Assembly: GCA_973895155.1 (NCBI GenBank)
Contig: OZ316892.1
Coordinates: 20,347,869-20,411,868 of the forward strand
DNA: 64,000 bases
Reading direction: 5' to 3'
Source: Marsupella aquatica
Lineage: Eukaryota > Plantae > Marchantiophyta
Positions 24,941-36,330 of this stretch are shown piece by piece; the first letter of the stretch is position 1, and the number at the start of each line of letters is the position of its first letter. The translations under genes and the position numbers were made by a program. The notes beneath the pieces were generated by a model. That model saw only the letters and a list, made by a program, of their open reading frames with translations. It was not told the origin of the DNA and made no database searches.

Positions 24941-26336
24941 ATTGCATGTTTAATCTATCTCAAGCTCATGCTCCTCCATTTTTCTAGGGTACCCTACACT
25001 ACTGTCTCAGTCCCTGATGCTGCTGCCCAGTCAGATTGACATTGTGCCATCAACTTTGATTTTATGTTCCGGGAACTTTCACTTTTTCTCGACTGCAATA
25101 TCGAGGGAAGCCTAAGAAATGATATCACTTGCAAGGTAGAGTGAACTTAAGATTGTTTACAAACCTAACAAACAAAACTTTCACCTCAAATACTTTAGAC
25201 AATAAAGGCACGGGCATTGACCAAATATCTTAATTAATCACAAACTAGGATGCACGAACCTGTTCCAAACAAAACTTCAAACCCAACAAATTCTGAATAC
25301 TATAACAACACCAAAAAACAGGTTTTTCTTTTAAACATTAAAAAATCAAAATTACTCCTTACAAATCATAGGCGCAGCCCACAAAAAAAAGAGGGTCGGC
25401 GAGAAACCAAAAACATGAATAGACACAATCATTATGTGATGAGTGGAGCAAAACGTGACATGAATCAACGCTACAGTAGCATCAAAGTGGGCAACACAGG
25501 CAGTGGAATTTCGGGAGTACGGAACCCATGCACTGGTGGGTCCCGCCACACCAGCCATTGAAGTCAATAAGCTTTACTGGTCGCTTCAAGCCCACATGGC
25601 AGAACATGATTGGCTCAAATTGCCGTTAATACGTATTCCGCTCCTCCTATTCGTCCCGCCGTTCCTGGAAGAGCGGCCAGGGGCTGAGGGCAGCCAGTTT
25701 CCATGAAACCGGTCCCCGTTTCACGAAACGCGTCAGAGGAGTAGGGAGGGGGATTGAGGGCCACCCTCACAGAAAACCACCATGGAACCGCCGCTCGAGC
25801 CGCAGAGTGCCGAAAGACGAGGAGGAGAAAGACGTCGGAGCACAGTTTCACAGTACTGGAGCAGAAGTGGAGACGAAGAAGAAGAGATCGGAGCTCTGTT
25901 TTCCATCGCCGGCAGAGCAGCGAAGACTCGAGCGAATTCCATTTCACTTGTGTGTGGAGAAAGCTCGATCGAGCAGCAGCGGAAGAATCGTGACGCTGGC
26001 GAGGAACGGGGCAAGGATCGAGAGAGAAAATGAAAGTTTGACGGAAGTTTGATGTCAGCTGCGAAGGAAATTGATGAGGTACTGCGGAAAAGAATCGTGG
26101 TCTTCTGGAGTGCAGTAGTCCTCGTTGTCGCGTCGTAGTGTGGAGACTGTGGAGGAGATTCAGCAGATTGAAAGGTTCCGTGCATAAGGGTTTTCGAGAA
26201 ATGATCTGAAACTTGTCGGAAGGAATTGAAAGGAAGCTAAGGGAAGAGGTGGTGAGACATCCAGTGGGAACAGCTGCTCAGAAGTTTGGAGTAGGAATAG
26301 AAAGGGGAGGTGGTGGCGTGACCACCGGAAGGAACT

Positions 26337-27392
26337 ATGCGGAGGTTTGGGCTGATTGGGGTGATATTGCTGATTCTCGCGGTGGACAATGCGTTGGCGG
26401 CGAGCAAGAGTTACTACGATATCCTGCAGGTCTCGAAGCACGCCTCAGACGACCAGATCAAGCGCTCGTACAGAAAATTGGCTCTGAAGTACCACCCGGA
26501 CAAGAATCCCGGCAACGAGGACGCCACCAAGAAGTTCGCGGAGATCAGCAATGCCTACGAGGTCCTCACCGACGTCGAGAAGCGTCGCATTTACGACCAG
26601 CACGGCGAGGAGGGCCTGAAGCAGACGGGAGGCAACAGAGGCGGAGGTTTTGGAGGAGATATCTTCCAGAATTTATTCGGCGGGTCGGGGTTTAGGTTTG
26701 GCTTCAACGACGACGAGCAGAACGACGAGGATGCAATTCCCAAAGGCCATGATGTGTCCGTCGATCTTTTTGTCACTCTCGAGGATTTGTACAAGGGAGG
26801 TACGCTTAGGGTTTGGAGGGAGAAGAACGTGTTGAAGCCCGCTTCCGGGAAGCGGCAGTGCCGATGCAAGAATAGGGTTGCGCATAAGCAGATTGGGCCA
26901 GGAATGTTCCAGCAATACACTCAGCAGGTATGTGAAGAGTGTCCGAATGTCAAGTTCGAGAGGGAAGGAATGGAAATTACCATCGACATCGAGCAAGGGA
27001 TGAAGGACGGGCAGGAAATTGTGTTCTATGATGATGGAGAGCCGATAGTCGATGGAGATCCAGGAGATCTCAAATTTATCATTCACACTGAAGAGCATGA
27101 CGTCTTCACGAGGGATGGGAATAATTTGTATGCGACAGTGACCATCTCTCTGGTGGAGGCTCTGGTTGGCTTTGAGAAGAACATCTTCCACCTCGATGGT
27201 CACCAGGTGAGAATCGGGACGAAGGAAATCACGAAACCGAAACAGCGGAGGCGTTTCGCAGGGGAGGGAATGCCTGTGTTTGAGAGCGTCAGGAAAGGCG
27301 ACCTTTTTGTCAATTTTGAAGTTGAATTTCCATCTAAGCTGAGCAAGGATCAAAAGGACATCATTGAGGAGACCCTAGGAACAAAAGCGTAG
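26337..27392 (+). CDS. ERDJ3B: ER-luminal DnaJ/Hsp40 co-chaperone (ERdj3B/DNAJB11 type), single coding exon, 351 aa
   Basis: Signal peptide, J domain with HPD ([10 protein letters not shown]), G/F region, Cys-rich KRQCRCKN...GPGMFQQ...VCEECPNVK typical of ERdj3, and a DnaJ C-terminal domain ([26 protein letters not shown]). The ORF is uninterrupted. Confidence 0.95.
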   Translation: MRRFGLIGVILLILAVDNALAASKSYYDILQVSKHASDDQIKRSYRKLALKYHPDKNPGNEDATKKFAEISNAYEVLTDVEKRRIYDQHGEEGLKQTGGNRGGGFGGDIFQNLFGGSGFRFGFNDDEQNDEDAIPKGHDVSVDLFVTLEDLYKGGTLRVWREKNVLKPASGKRQCRCKNRVAHKQIGPGMFQQYTQQVCEECPNVKFEREGMEITIDIEQGMKDGQEIVFYDDGEPIVDGDPGDLKFIIHTEEHDVFTRDGNNLYATVTISLVEALVGFEKNIFHLDGHQVRIGTKEITKPKQRRRFAGEGMPVFESVRKGDLFVNFEVEFPSKLSKDQKDIIEETLGTKA

Positions 27393-28559
27393 CAATGAGC
27401 GTAGATTGTGTCAATTGGTAGTGGCTCATTCAGCTGCTGCGAGATTTATTCATTAGCCCTTACTTTTAGGACAAGGACTATTTCATTGGACCAATTTTAC
27501 TCGATGCCATGGCAAAGGGTTTTCTCCGCTTTTGCTATCGGCAATCAGCCGTCGGGGCTCAAATTTGACTCCGACGGTGATCTGTTTTCGAGTCAACGGA
27601 ATCTTACCTGTTGGTTGGTACTAAAGTTGGCTAATCCGATTGGATATCCTATGAATTTAGCCTCTGGTGGAGGACAGTCGTGGTACCGGTCATGAGGCAC
27701 TCAAAGTACTTCTGGATATTAAATTTGCATGAATTTTACGTTGCACGAAGACAAGCCGACTTGAGGACCTATGAGAGTGTTTCTGTTTGATGTTCCGTAT
27801 TGCGTCTCACGGTTGCAATGTCAACAGGGTAGACTTGAATGCTAATTTTGTCAACTCGCCCACTTCCCACAACTTCTTCTTCTTCGAGGTGAATTGCAGC
27901 CACACCCCAACTCATCTACTGGTACTCATAGTACAATTCACCGGGAGGCGGGTATCTCTTTTGGTAGATGCTATCATGAGGGACTCGCGACTTAGGTAAA
28001 TTCAAGTGCCATTCTGGAACTGCCAGAGCTATCGGAAATATTTAGTTGAACTTTGTTACCTTGCTCGAGTAATTTTGTTCGATCCTCATCTTGCACCGGA
28101 AGCATTTGAAACACTCAATTTGGATTTCTGCTGTCTCTGTTTAGATGCTTGTCGAACTTGGCTTTTTGTTTGGACTTCAGTTTTTGTTCTCAATTTCAGT
28201 AATGCAAGTGCTTGCGGTCGTGAAGGTCTGGTCCTTTCCATGTTCTTGAGCTGCCTGGCTTTGAATATGTACTTTAATGTTACACTAGAACGTGGAAGAC
28301 TATTTGGCCGTTTTTTTCATTTTTACCAGTATTTCTTCCTCCTCACTCTATTTGAATTGGGTCATTATAAGCTTAGTCAATTTCACTTTATTAGGGGCGT
28401 AGGTCCAAAAACGAGGGCACGGTGTGAGTTCTATTTGGGGAGAACATAATTCGATTTGGCCTTGTTTTACTGAAATGGAAGCATCAAGGGCAAAGGAAAG
28501 GCTATGTATAGTATGGAACTAGTATACAGTAAAATTCAGGCTGCAGTTACTACTGAGAC

Positions 28560-29300
28560 AATTCTTCCCATCAACAACAGAGACTTCCTCCAGTAAAGCT
28601 CAAATCCACCTTGTGGAGAACCTGGCAGCTACTTCATTTGGCGTAGTTGAGTTGTTCTTGATTATGGCCATTTTAATTATGATTCTTGTAACTCCCTATT
28701 AACATTTGGCATAGCTAGCTGCTGCTTCTGCTTGGACTAGTGGTCTCAAAATGACTCGATGGAGAATTTCTCGAGGCCATGGAGATTCTGAGTATGTTGA
28801 AGCTTTGTATCTCACTACATTCACAAACTCGACTTTGTTCCTTAGACCTACGGCAAGTTTGAAATTGTTGCAGGATCATCTCACTAAAGTCTGTAGACTT
28901 GGAGAGGCTTTCAAGTATGCCTGTAAAGCATGTGGAGGGCCGTTCTTCAGCAAAGTCTACACTTCTGACAGGAACAAAAGACAATGAGCTATCCGCTTCT
29001 GTTTCTTTTTCGGTAAATGTACCTGCTGAATTGCACTCCAGATAGGAAAAAGTGAAAGTTCGGGCTTGTAACAATCGCCCAATCTCATTAAATTCCGGCT
29101 TACCATACTTCGTGTGGAGTGTAAGGAAAGGACTAGAAAGCAGCTCGGAAATTTGGTATGCTAGACAGTTCAATCTGGTCAAGGCCGCTAAGGTTACACA
29201 ACAGGGCATGTGAAACCCCTATTCTCGGACAATTGGTATTGTGATACGGTACTCTGCTCATTCAATTGGATGATGTTTGATCAGAATTAGCTGAGGTGTG
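28560..29300 (+). mobile_element. Possible decayed LINE reverse transcriptase relic
   Basis: Broken frames with weak resemblance to the (L)FADD-TLFL region and the following domains of L1 RT. Confidence 0.2.
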
Positions 29301-30601
29301 AATCACTCTCAGGAAGTACTTTCTACGGCCATACTCCACATCTGCCTAAAATATCCACTTCTATATCTCGCAGGTAAGTCTGATATACCTTGTGGGAATC
29401 CTTGCACAATATGTCTGTGTTGTGCTCTACTACTAGAAGCCCAGCTGCCAAAAGAACTCGAATGTGTGCCCAATGCCGGCAGTGAATGGAGTCCATGGGT
29501 GGGAATGCTCTAACTCATTGTAAACTGACAGGTCGCACGTGTGTTAGTCCAAGTCAGAACTTTTGAATGTAGGTCATGAAAAATGGACCGGTCACAAAAG
29601 AGTTATGACCAGTGCAAGCCCCAGATCATCACGTCAGCTCGTGGTTCACTGGAGGTTTTACCTCATGTTTCAGGTGGGTCTTTGGGATGACTATCCAACG
29701 ATCCAAATGTATAGGGTAATGCAGGTCTCGGCGCAGGGTTACTAGGGTGTAACCTTGCGTCCGGAATATGAAAAGAAGCTGACCGGCAGCACCTGCACTA
29801 GAGTACGTAACTCCTGCCCGGAAAGAGGTTACCGGCTAGACTTTTCAGGACAACAGATTATGACTATAGCAAGCCCCTGCAAAAATGGTTACACACAGGC
29901 AACCTCTTCTCCTGACAGGAATTCCGTACAGATTTGATTGTTGTGGGGGTTTGACTGACTGATCGTGATCCTCCAAAATTGCAGCTCGATTCAATGCAGC
30001 CACTTCAGGACTAAAGAATGGTATCTTCATGGCAGGGTCAGAAGCAAATGCACCATGTCATAATCTGCTAGCTTGGAGAAGCTTGGTTGCCAAGGGGGGA
30101 GAACTGGGCTGGATAGGCTCCTCACCTTTATTTACACCATGTCTCATTGAGTCCTTTTGGCAGCACGGGACCATTTTCACAGTGAACCGCTGAATTCCCC
30201 AAGGCGGACCGGATGGAGATGAAAACTTGGCGGATCAGCTTTTCTGGCCAGAGGACCTTGCATGGAAAAAATGGAAAGTCTGGTCCATCTCAAGCCTCTA
30301 CTATTGGGTTCCTAGTCTCACCACAAACTGCTCAGTGCTTGTTGACACTGCCCAGTATCCGCGTGCAGTATATTTTTTTGGAGTTTTCTAACAGCTCAAC
30401 TACCCAAAAAAAATCCAACCAGGCATGCACTTGCATCACTTGTAAATGTCTTACCAGTGAATTATGTTGATTGCTTCCCCAACACAATCCACACTTGGCT
30501 CATTTTTGTTGCAAAACACCCCACAAAACAGGTCACATTTGCATTGTTGCAAAGTGTCACCCAAATTTCATTATATGCTGCTATTGGAAGGAAGTTGTAT
30601 T

Positions 30602-30730
30602 TGTTGAGCATAGATTACAATCATAATGCTGGTCATACGGCAAACCCATGAACCATCCAATGCACAAATAGTCAACACAAAAAGATATGTGGTTCAACCC
30701 AGTTAAGGCTACGTCCATAGGAATACCCGA
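30602..30730 (-). mobile_element. Truncated, diverged LTR fragment (R/U5 end) of the family at 2746-3095 and 63536-63879
   Basis: tgttgagcataga...ggcaa.cccatgaaccatccaa.gcacaa.tagtc.acac...agata.gtggttca...aggctacgtcca matches 63536-63645. Confidence 0.8.
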
Positions 30731-30869
30731 GAGTTTACACATGTTCAGGATCCTAAACCTGAGGCATCCAAAGCGTCAACCAGGTCAATTAGAAATTATG
30801 TCAGAGAGGAGCAAATAATCCAAACAGATGAAAGCACATGTCAACCGTTTTAAAGCTCTCACCCCATGG

Positions 30870-32950
30870 AGTTTAATTAACTCTTGGAATATCCTCAGTA
30901 GATTTCAGAATTGAAGGATAGCCGTCCAAAATCCAATTCAGAACTTGAAACAAGACAGATGCCTTCAAAGATTCAAATATTAGGTTCAGTGTTGCACAAT
31001 CATTAAGAACATTAACAGTACTACTATTGGCCTTGATACTATTTTGTCTTGTTTCCAAAACAGCCCAAAGGAATCGTTTGATCATTGGAAAATTCCAAGA
31101 AGCTCAAACGATTCCATCCCAATCTTCCAATCAATGTTTTGGAAAAAAAAACAAAACTGGGATCCTATTTTGGCCTTAGATTACTGCACTAATCATTTAC
31201 AGTAGTGAGTGAAGTTGCAATTTTTGTGTTAACATTTGTTTTAGGGTTTAAGACAGATTACACCTATCATGCTTGTGAGTCTGATTTAGCCTGACAACAG
31301 CTCAAGCACAGGGAGAAGCTTCAACATGCTTGTAGTGGGGATCTGCATTACTATGGGCAACATAGCAGGATTAAGTGCCATTAATTCGGATCATTATACT
31401 TACTGCTATCTAGATGAGTAATATCCTTGGCCTCATAGAACTAATTGCTCTTGTATTCTTTCATACTTGGGGGAGGGGACTGTACACCCCATCTCCAAGC
31501 TTAGCTGTTGGATTTGCGTTACCATCATTAACATCTACCTATGGTTTTGTGTTGGCCATTACGCGACCCTAATCCGCAGTAATGGTAGTATGTCAACCTT
31601 AATCCTTAATCCGCACTAACAGTGCAGTAATGGTAGTATGTAAATCTTAATCCGCACCAATAAGTCAACCTACCTTAATCAGCACTAATAGTCCAGCTGG
31701 GGACGGTTACTATGGAAGTTTAAGGTCCATCAAATCTTGAGATTTGATTTGGCCATACTCCGAAAGCCAAACAGGTAATGGAGACCAACTGTTATCTTAG
31801 TCAGGGGATGAGTCCGATTTGCGGCTCCTGATGTCCTTTGGTAGAAATTGGCTGTTTCCCTCAGTGATGCTCTTCGGTCACGTCGTTGGAGGCCGGCCGT
31901 CTAGAATTGAAGTTCCGGCCTGAGCGCATCCCTGTGATGAGCTTCTTTGAAAGAAATTCTGGGGCGATTCTCTGATTGAACATCCGTTCGTCCTTGCTCG
32001 CGTGTCTCGTTTGAGGTTCTTTCAAAGAAATTTGTGGAGCGATCCTATGATCGAACGTCATTTGGTCCTTGATCGCGTGACTCATTTGCGCTTCTTCCAA
32101 AGAAACTTGTAGGGCAATTTTCGTAGTTAAATTTGTCCGAAAATTCAGGGTTCGTTGAAGAAGTGAATGAATGACATTGAGCAACCGGAATTATGTGCAC
32201 GCGATTTCTCGTAGAACGTTAAGAAAGTGTGGATTTCATAGTTCTGTGGCAACGGTGTAGTATATTGCGCGGTACAGTTCTGAGTCTGACGAACGTTTCA
32301 CTCCGAACTTGTCCTGGGCTGAGTCAGTGTGAGCTTAGGTCGAAAATGCATGGGTGATTTGCGAGATTGGCGTTGCATACTGGCGTTTCTCAAATGGAGA
32401 AATCCAATCTTTTCTGTTACAATGACATTCAATTTTCTTCTTGAAGTTGTGGGTGAAAAGTCGAAGGTCTTGTAATCGTTTTGCGAGGCAATTCCTTTCT
32501 ACCATTAAATTTTGGACACCACTCACCAAATACACGAGCTTGTAATCCAATTGCCAAAATTCTTCCTAACTCAAGCTTCTTATCCGAAGGAATTTGGAGC
32601 ACACCTTAATAACATCACCCTGGAAGTTCAGACGAATTGCTCCAAGTCAATCTAGATCTGTTGCATACCAACTCACAATAGTATTCCTGTTGTTGGAGCA
32701 AGATCAGTGGTTTCAAGACGGAAAGCCAGTCAGGACGGACAGACTAATGTGAAGCTGCTTGAGCTGAAGATTCATGATCTTGACCAAGAAGGGATCCTTG
32801 AACTTCCTATGCTAGCAACATCCTGTGACGGATGATATCCCTTTATTCATGTAGTCGACAACAGGTGCAAGAATGAATGACTCTTCAATCCAGTTTTACT
32901 ACCTGGCATAATTTCTCCGTGACGAAAAAACCCACTTACTAACAAATGGC
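30870..32950 (-). mobile_element. Scattered possible LINE RT C-terminal relics (about 30870-31200 and 32330-32950)
   Basis: Fragments IKRFLWA and KKIE...RKDWISPFEKR resemble L1 post-RT motifs (R.FLW; W..K.LS..GR). Very degraded. Confidence 0.2.
31861..32184 (-). pseudogene. Orphan reading frame with three tandem 25-aa (75-nt) UIM/MIU-like repeats
   Basis: KIALQVSLEEAQMSHAIKDQMTFDH / RIAPQISLKEPQTRHASKDERMFNQ / RIAPEFLSKK. The nucleotide repeats have a 75-bp period and keep the frame between the first two units. Confidence 0.4.
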
Positions 32951-33603
32951 CAAGTACGATGTTCAATTTTTTCGAAGATTTTCACACAATTTCCTGATAT
33001 AAATTACAGGATTGCGATGCAGTCACGCGATCGTCTTCGAAGCTGGGCACTGAGCTATATGGTCTCAAGACAACGGTTCATTGTGGTTAGGCTGAGACTA
33101 TTTAACTGTGCCCAATATGTTTGACTAGCAATTAATGGGAGCCAGAGCACTTCCTGTTCTTGAAACAAGTAAACAACCAAAGCAGGGGTACAGTAATGAA
33201 ATAATGATAGTCACTATTCCCTCGAGTTTCTGCAGGGTGCTAAAGTGAAGCGATTTATCTGCAACTATTGTTTTACTGCAAGAGAATCTCCCATTCGGCA
33301 TGCAAGTACAATTTTTTTAAGCTTCCACTTTAAGAAGAGATATATTTACCATTGGCTCGGCCAATTTGCAGGGACACGTTGACAATCCCACATGCCCTGT
33401 ACTCAATAACAGTCTACTTTTCTACTCCACAGTCAAAAATTCTCTCTTCATTGAACCACTGACCTGAGATGTCAATGTGACCTCTCAACCGCCCTGGTCA
33501 TTTGACGATTGCCAGATATTTCCTAACCTCGTGCAAATTCCTGTGGCGATTTCTCCCTTGCATTTCATTCCATTCTTTGAAGACACCAACTATAAAGTTA
33601 CAA

Positions 33604-34803
33604 TCAAGGCTTGATTGAGTAGAGGGGCTGCAAACAAATTTCAAGAAACAAAATCAGCTCAATCGAAGGTCAATATATCACTACAACAAACAAACGACCT
33701 GTCAAACAAAGCAAGCTCAACAAATCATCTATTCCTGAAACGTTGACGGTAACACTTTCCAGACAAGACTGCCCATCAGTCGATTACATCTTGATCGATA
33801 TTTCTAGATCTAATCTTTCTGCCAACGTCCCCGAAGGATTAAGAAAGTAACAAAAGCTTACGGATTCAATCGAGACGGGCTTCCCATCTTCAGCCAAAAG
33901 CTCAACTATTGTTCCAGATTGATCGGCCTGAAGAATGCCAACGAATTGTCAAGACATTAGCAACATGAAGAAATACATTAACACAGTAACTACAATTGCA
34001 TGAGAACAAAAAATAGGTTTCATCCGCCTGAAGCTACAAATGTAGGCCATGCATCAGGAAATACCCGACTTTAGTGCATTTACCTCAATTTCGTTCATCA
34101 GCTTCATTGCTTCTACGATGCAGACAACTTGGCCCTTTGTAACTTTGTCTCCAACCTGGACGAATCCACGAGTGCAAAATTCTTAAAAAGAGTGAACATT
34201 TGCGCTAAGAAAGATACCCACTTGAAGAAAACTCCTCTGTGCCAGTAATTTCCTCTAATACAATTTCTGATCCCTTTGTGGTGAATCCTTTGTTATGTGG
34301 AAACAAACAAATCTCTATCTGATCAATCTCACCTGAACAAAGGGAAGCTCCCCTGGGCCTGGGGACCTGTAGAAAGTTCCTGCCATAGGTGAAAGCATTG
34401 GTGGATGTGATGGTTTGGCAGGAGTCGGCGGAGGTGCAGCTACAGCGGCAGGTTCAGCAGAGACAGGGAGAGCAGCAGGGGTGGGAGGTGGTGGTGGTGG
34501 CGGCTGAGCATATCCGGGGAATGACGTGTGGGCCATGACATGGGGTCCGGGAAAGGTCATAGCAGGAGGAGGTGGTTGCTTTGCTTCCTTCCGTATGACA
34601 ACTTCATAATCCTTGTGCTTCAACTCCAACTCCACAATGTCTCTCGAGTTCACTAATCTACGGAGACAAACAGCGAGAATCAGTTGGAAGGCCATCATTG
34701 ATTACAGTCCTTTGAGCAAGCTTCCAGCAGCGAATTCAAGTGAACAAACTTGAAACTCTCAAATAGGATAGTATTGAGCTCCACTCCTATTTTGCAAAAA
34801 TCG

Positions 34804-34849
<46 letters not shown>

Positions 34850-35523
34850 GCAAGTATCCCTCCATGCATATAGATGCATCATCCAGAATGCACTACAAAT
34901 TCAGCCATTGAGAGGTGTGGAGATGCTAAATGCACCTTCGCGAAAGAAAGCTATGCTATTAGGTGATGCAACTTACTTGACAAGATTGGCAACATCTGCC
35001 ATGAATGCAGAAATTTCCTCTGGAGTTTTGTCAGCTGCTGGCTCTTCTGCAAGTGTGGTCTCTTCCTCCACAACGGGTGCTACGTCCAGCTTTGTAGCAG
35101 AAGTCTTGTGGACATTTTCTCCTGCAACCTGCAAATAGTTCAGACATTGAAGATCTATAAAGATTTTTGCTGTCAGCTTTCGAAGACAGCACGTCCAGAA
35201 AGTCGACTATCTCCAATCCATCCACGCAAAGAGGTTTAAAATATGGCATGAGTGGTTGAGAGGGAAAAGCACAGAATTTCGGTCGCACGCAGGTAAAACA
35301 GACGAATGAAGTGTGAGAAGGGAAGCCCAAGACAACAACATACAGAAAACCTCCGAGCCGGTGCCGAGGAGATGGAAAGGGACCCAGGCTGGATCGGTGT
35401 CCCAGGTCCGGGCTTGGTAGAGCACACAATCTGAAGCCGCCTGGAAATCCCTGCCGTTGTGGGTGCAGCAGCCACAACCCCTGCTCCTGAAACAGCTCCT
35501 ACTGCTGCCTGCACGGCGGCCAT
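33604..35523 (-). CDS. BCCP: Biotin carboxyl carrier protein of plastid heteromeric acetyl-CoA carboxylase, about 272 aa
   Basis: Six exons with matching phases: 35523-35344, 35128-34977, 34657-34333, 34155-34084, 33927-33862, 33627-33604. Transit peptide, [13 protein letters not shown], Pro/Ala linker, [19 protein letters not shown], biotinylation motif [10 protein letters not shown], and C-terminus ADQSGTIVE...PLYSIKP. Confidence 0.96.
34804..34849. repeat. (ATCT)n microsatellite in BCCP intron 2
   Basis: About 11 perfect ATCT units. Confidence 0.95.
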
Positions 35524-36104
35524 TGCTCTATCCTCTCCTCCTCACAAACACTTGCTCCTCCTTCCCTTCCCCTCCAACCCAAGAAATGCTCTGCTGGACC
35601 AACAACCCACAACCCACCTGAATCAAGGAGTCCTAACTCGCTCACTCAGTCTATGGATCCCTGGCTTCGGTCGTGCTCGTGCTTTCCTCGCTGCTCAGTT
35701 TGTTGCTAATCCAGCTCCTCCTGTGAGCACTCTCTCGTCTGTCTACCGGCATTTGATTGCTGTTGCTCGCCTCTTGCTCTGAGACCTCCGCCTGAGACTT
35801 CTGCTGCTGTTGCCTCTCAACGTGTGTGTACAGTTCTGACTCCTAGTTATCGCACTCCTCCACGAGGCAGATTCTCCTCGTAAATTCCGTCACTCTGTCT
35901 GGACGCGCGAACAGAATATGATGCTGCCTTGTGCTTTGCTCGCTCTGTTCCGTCTCCTTGCTTAGTTTGCATTCCTCTTCCACTGCACCTCGGTCGCCTC
36001 ACTCATTACATTATTATTATTATTATATTCCTGTCCCAAAATGGATGAGATCACAGTTTGTTGCTAGGGCTTTAGGGTCACTAGGGCATAAGTTCGTTTG
36101 CATT

Positions 36105-36330
36105 TCTAGGGGACTCTTGGGCTTTTGGGCATTTGGGCTCTTTGCTCTTTGCTCTTCCCCTGTTTTTTCCTTGTTTTTTCCCCTTTATGAGATCTCCTGC
36201 CTTTGGGATGTTGTCTTCTAGGGGACTCTTTTGGGCTTTTGGGCTTTTGGGCTCTTTGACCTTCCTGGGGTTGTTTTCCCTTGTTTTCTCCCCTTTATGG
36301 AGTGTCCTGCCTTTGGGATCTTGTCTCCCA
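36105..36330. repeat. Tandem ~112-bp duplication rich in GGGCTTTTGGGC, probably the end of a DNA transposon
   Basis: ctaggggactctt..gggcttttgggc.tt.gggctcttt...ccttgtttt.tcccctttatg...tcctgcctttgggat.ttgtct occurs twice. A related motif (aagagccaaaaagcccaa) occurs at ~60334. Confidence 0.7.

Noticed and set aside
26673-27353. 226-aa antisense ORF and other overlapping ORFs on ERDJ3B
   Set aside because: Shadow frames of a GC-rich, codon-biased CDS with no recognisable motifs.
31241-31250. Interstitial telomeric repeats (TTTAGGG/AAACCCTA)
   Set aside because: Only isolated single copies occur, not an array.
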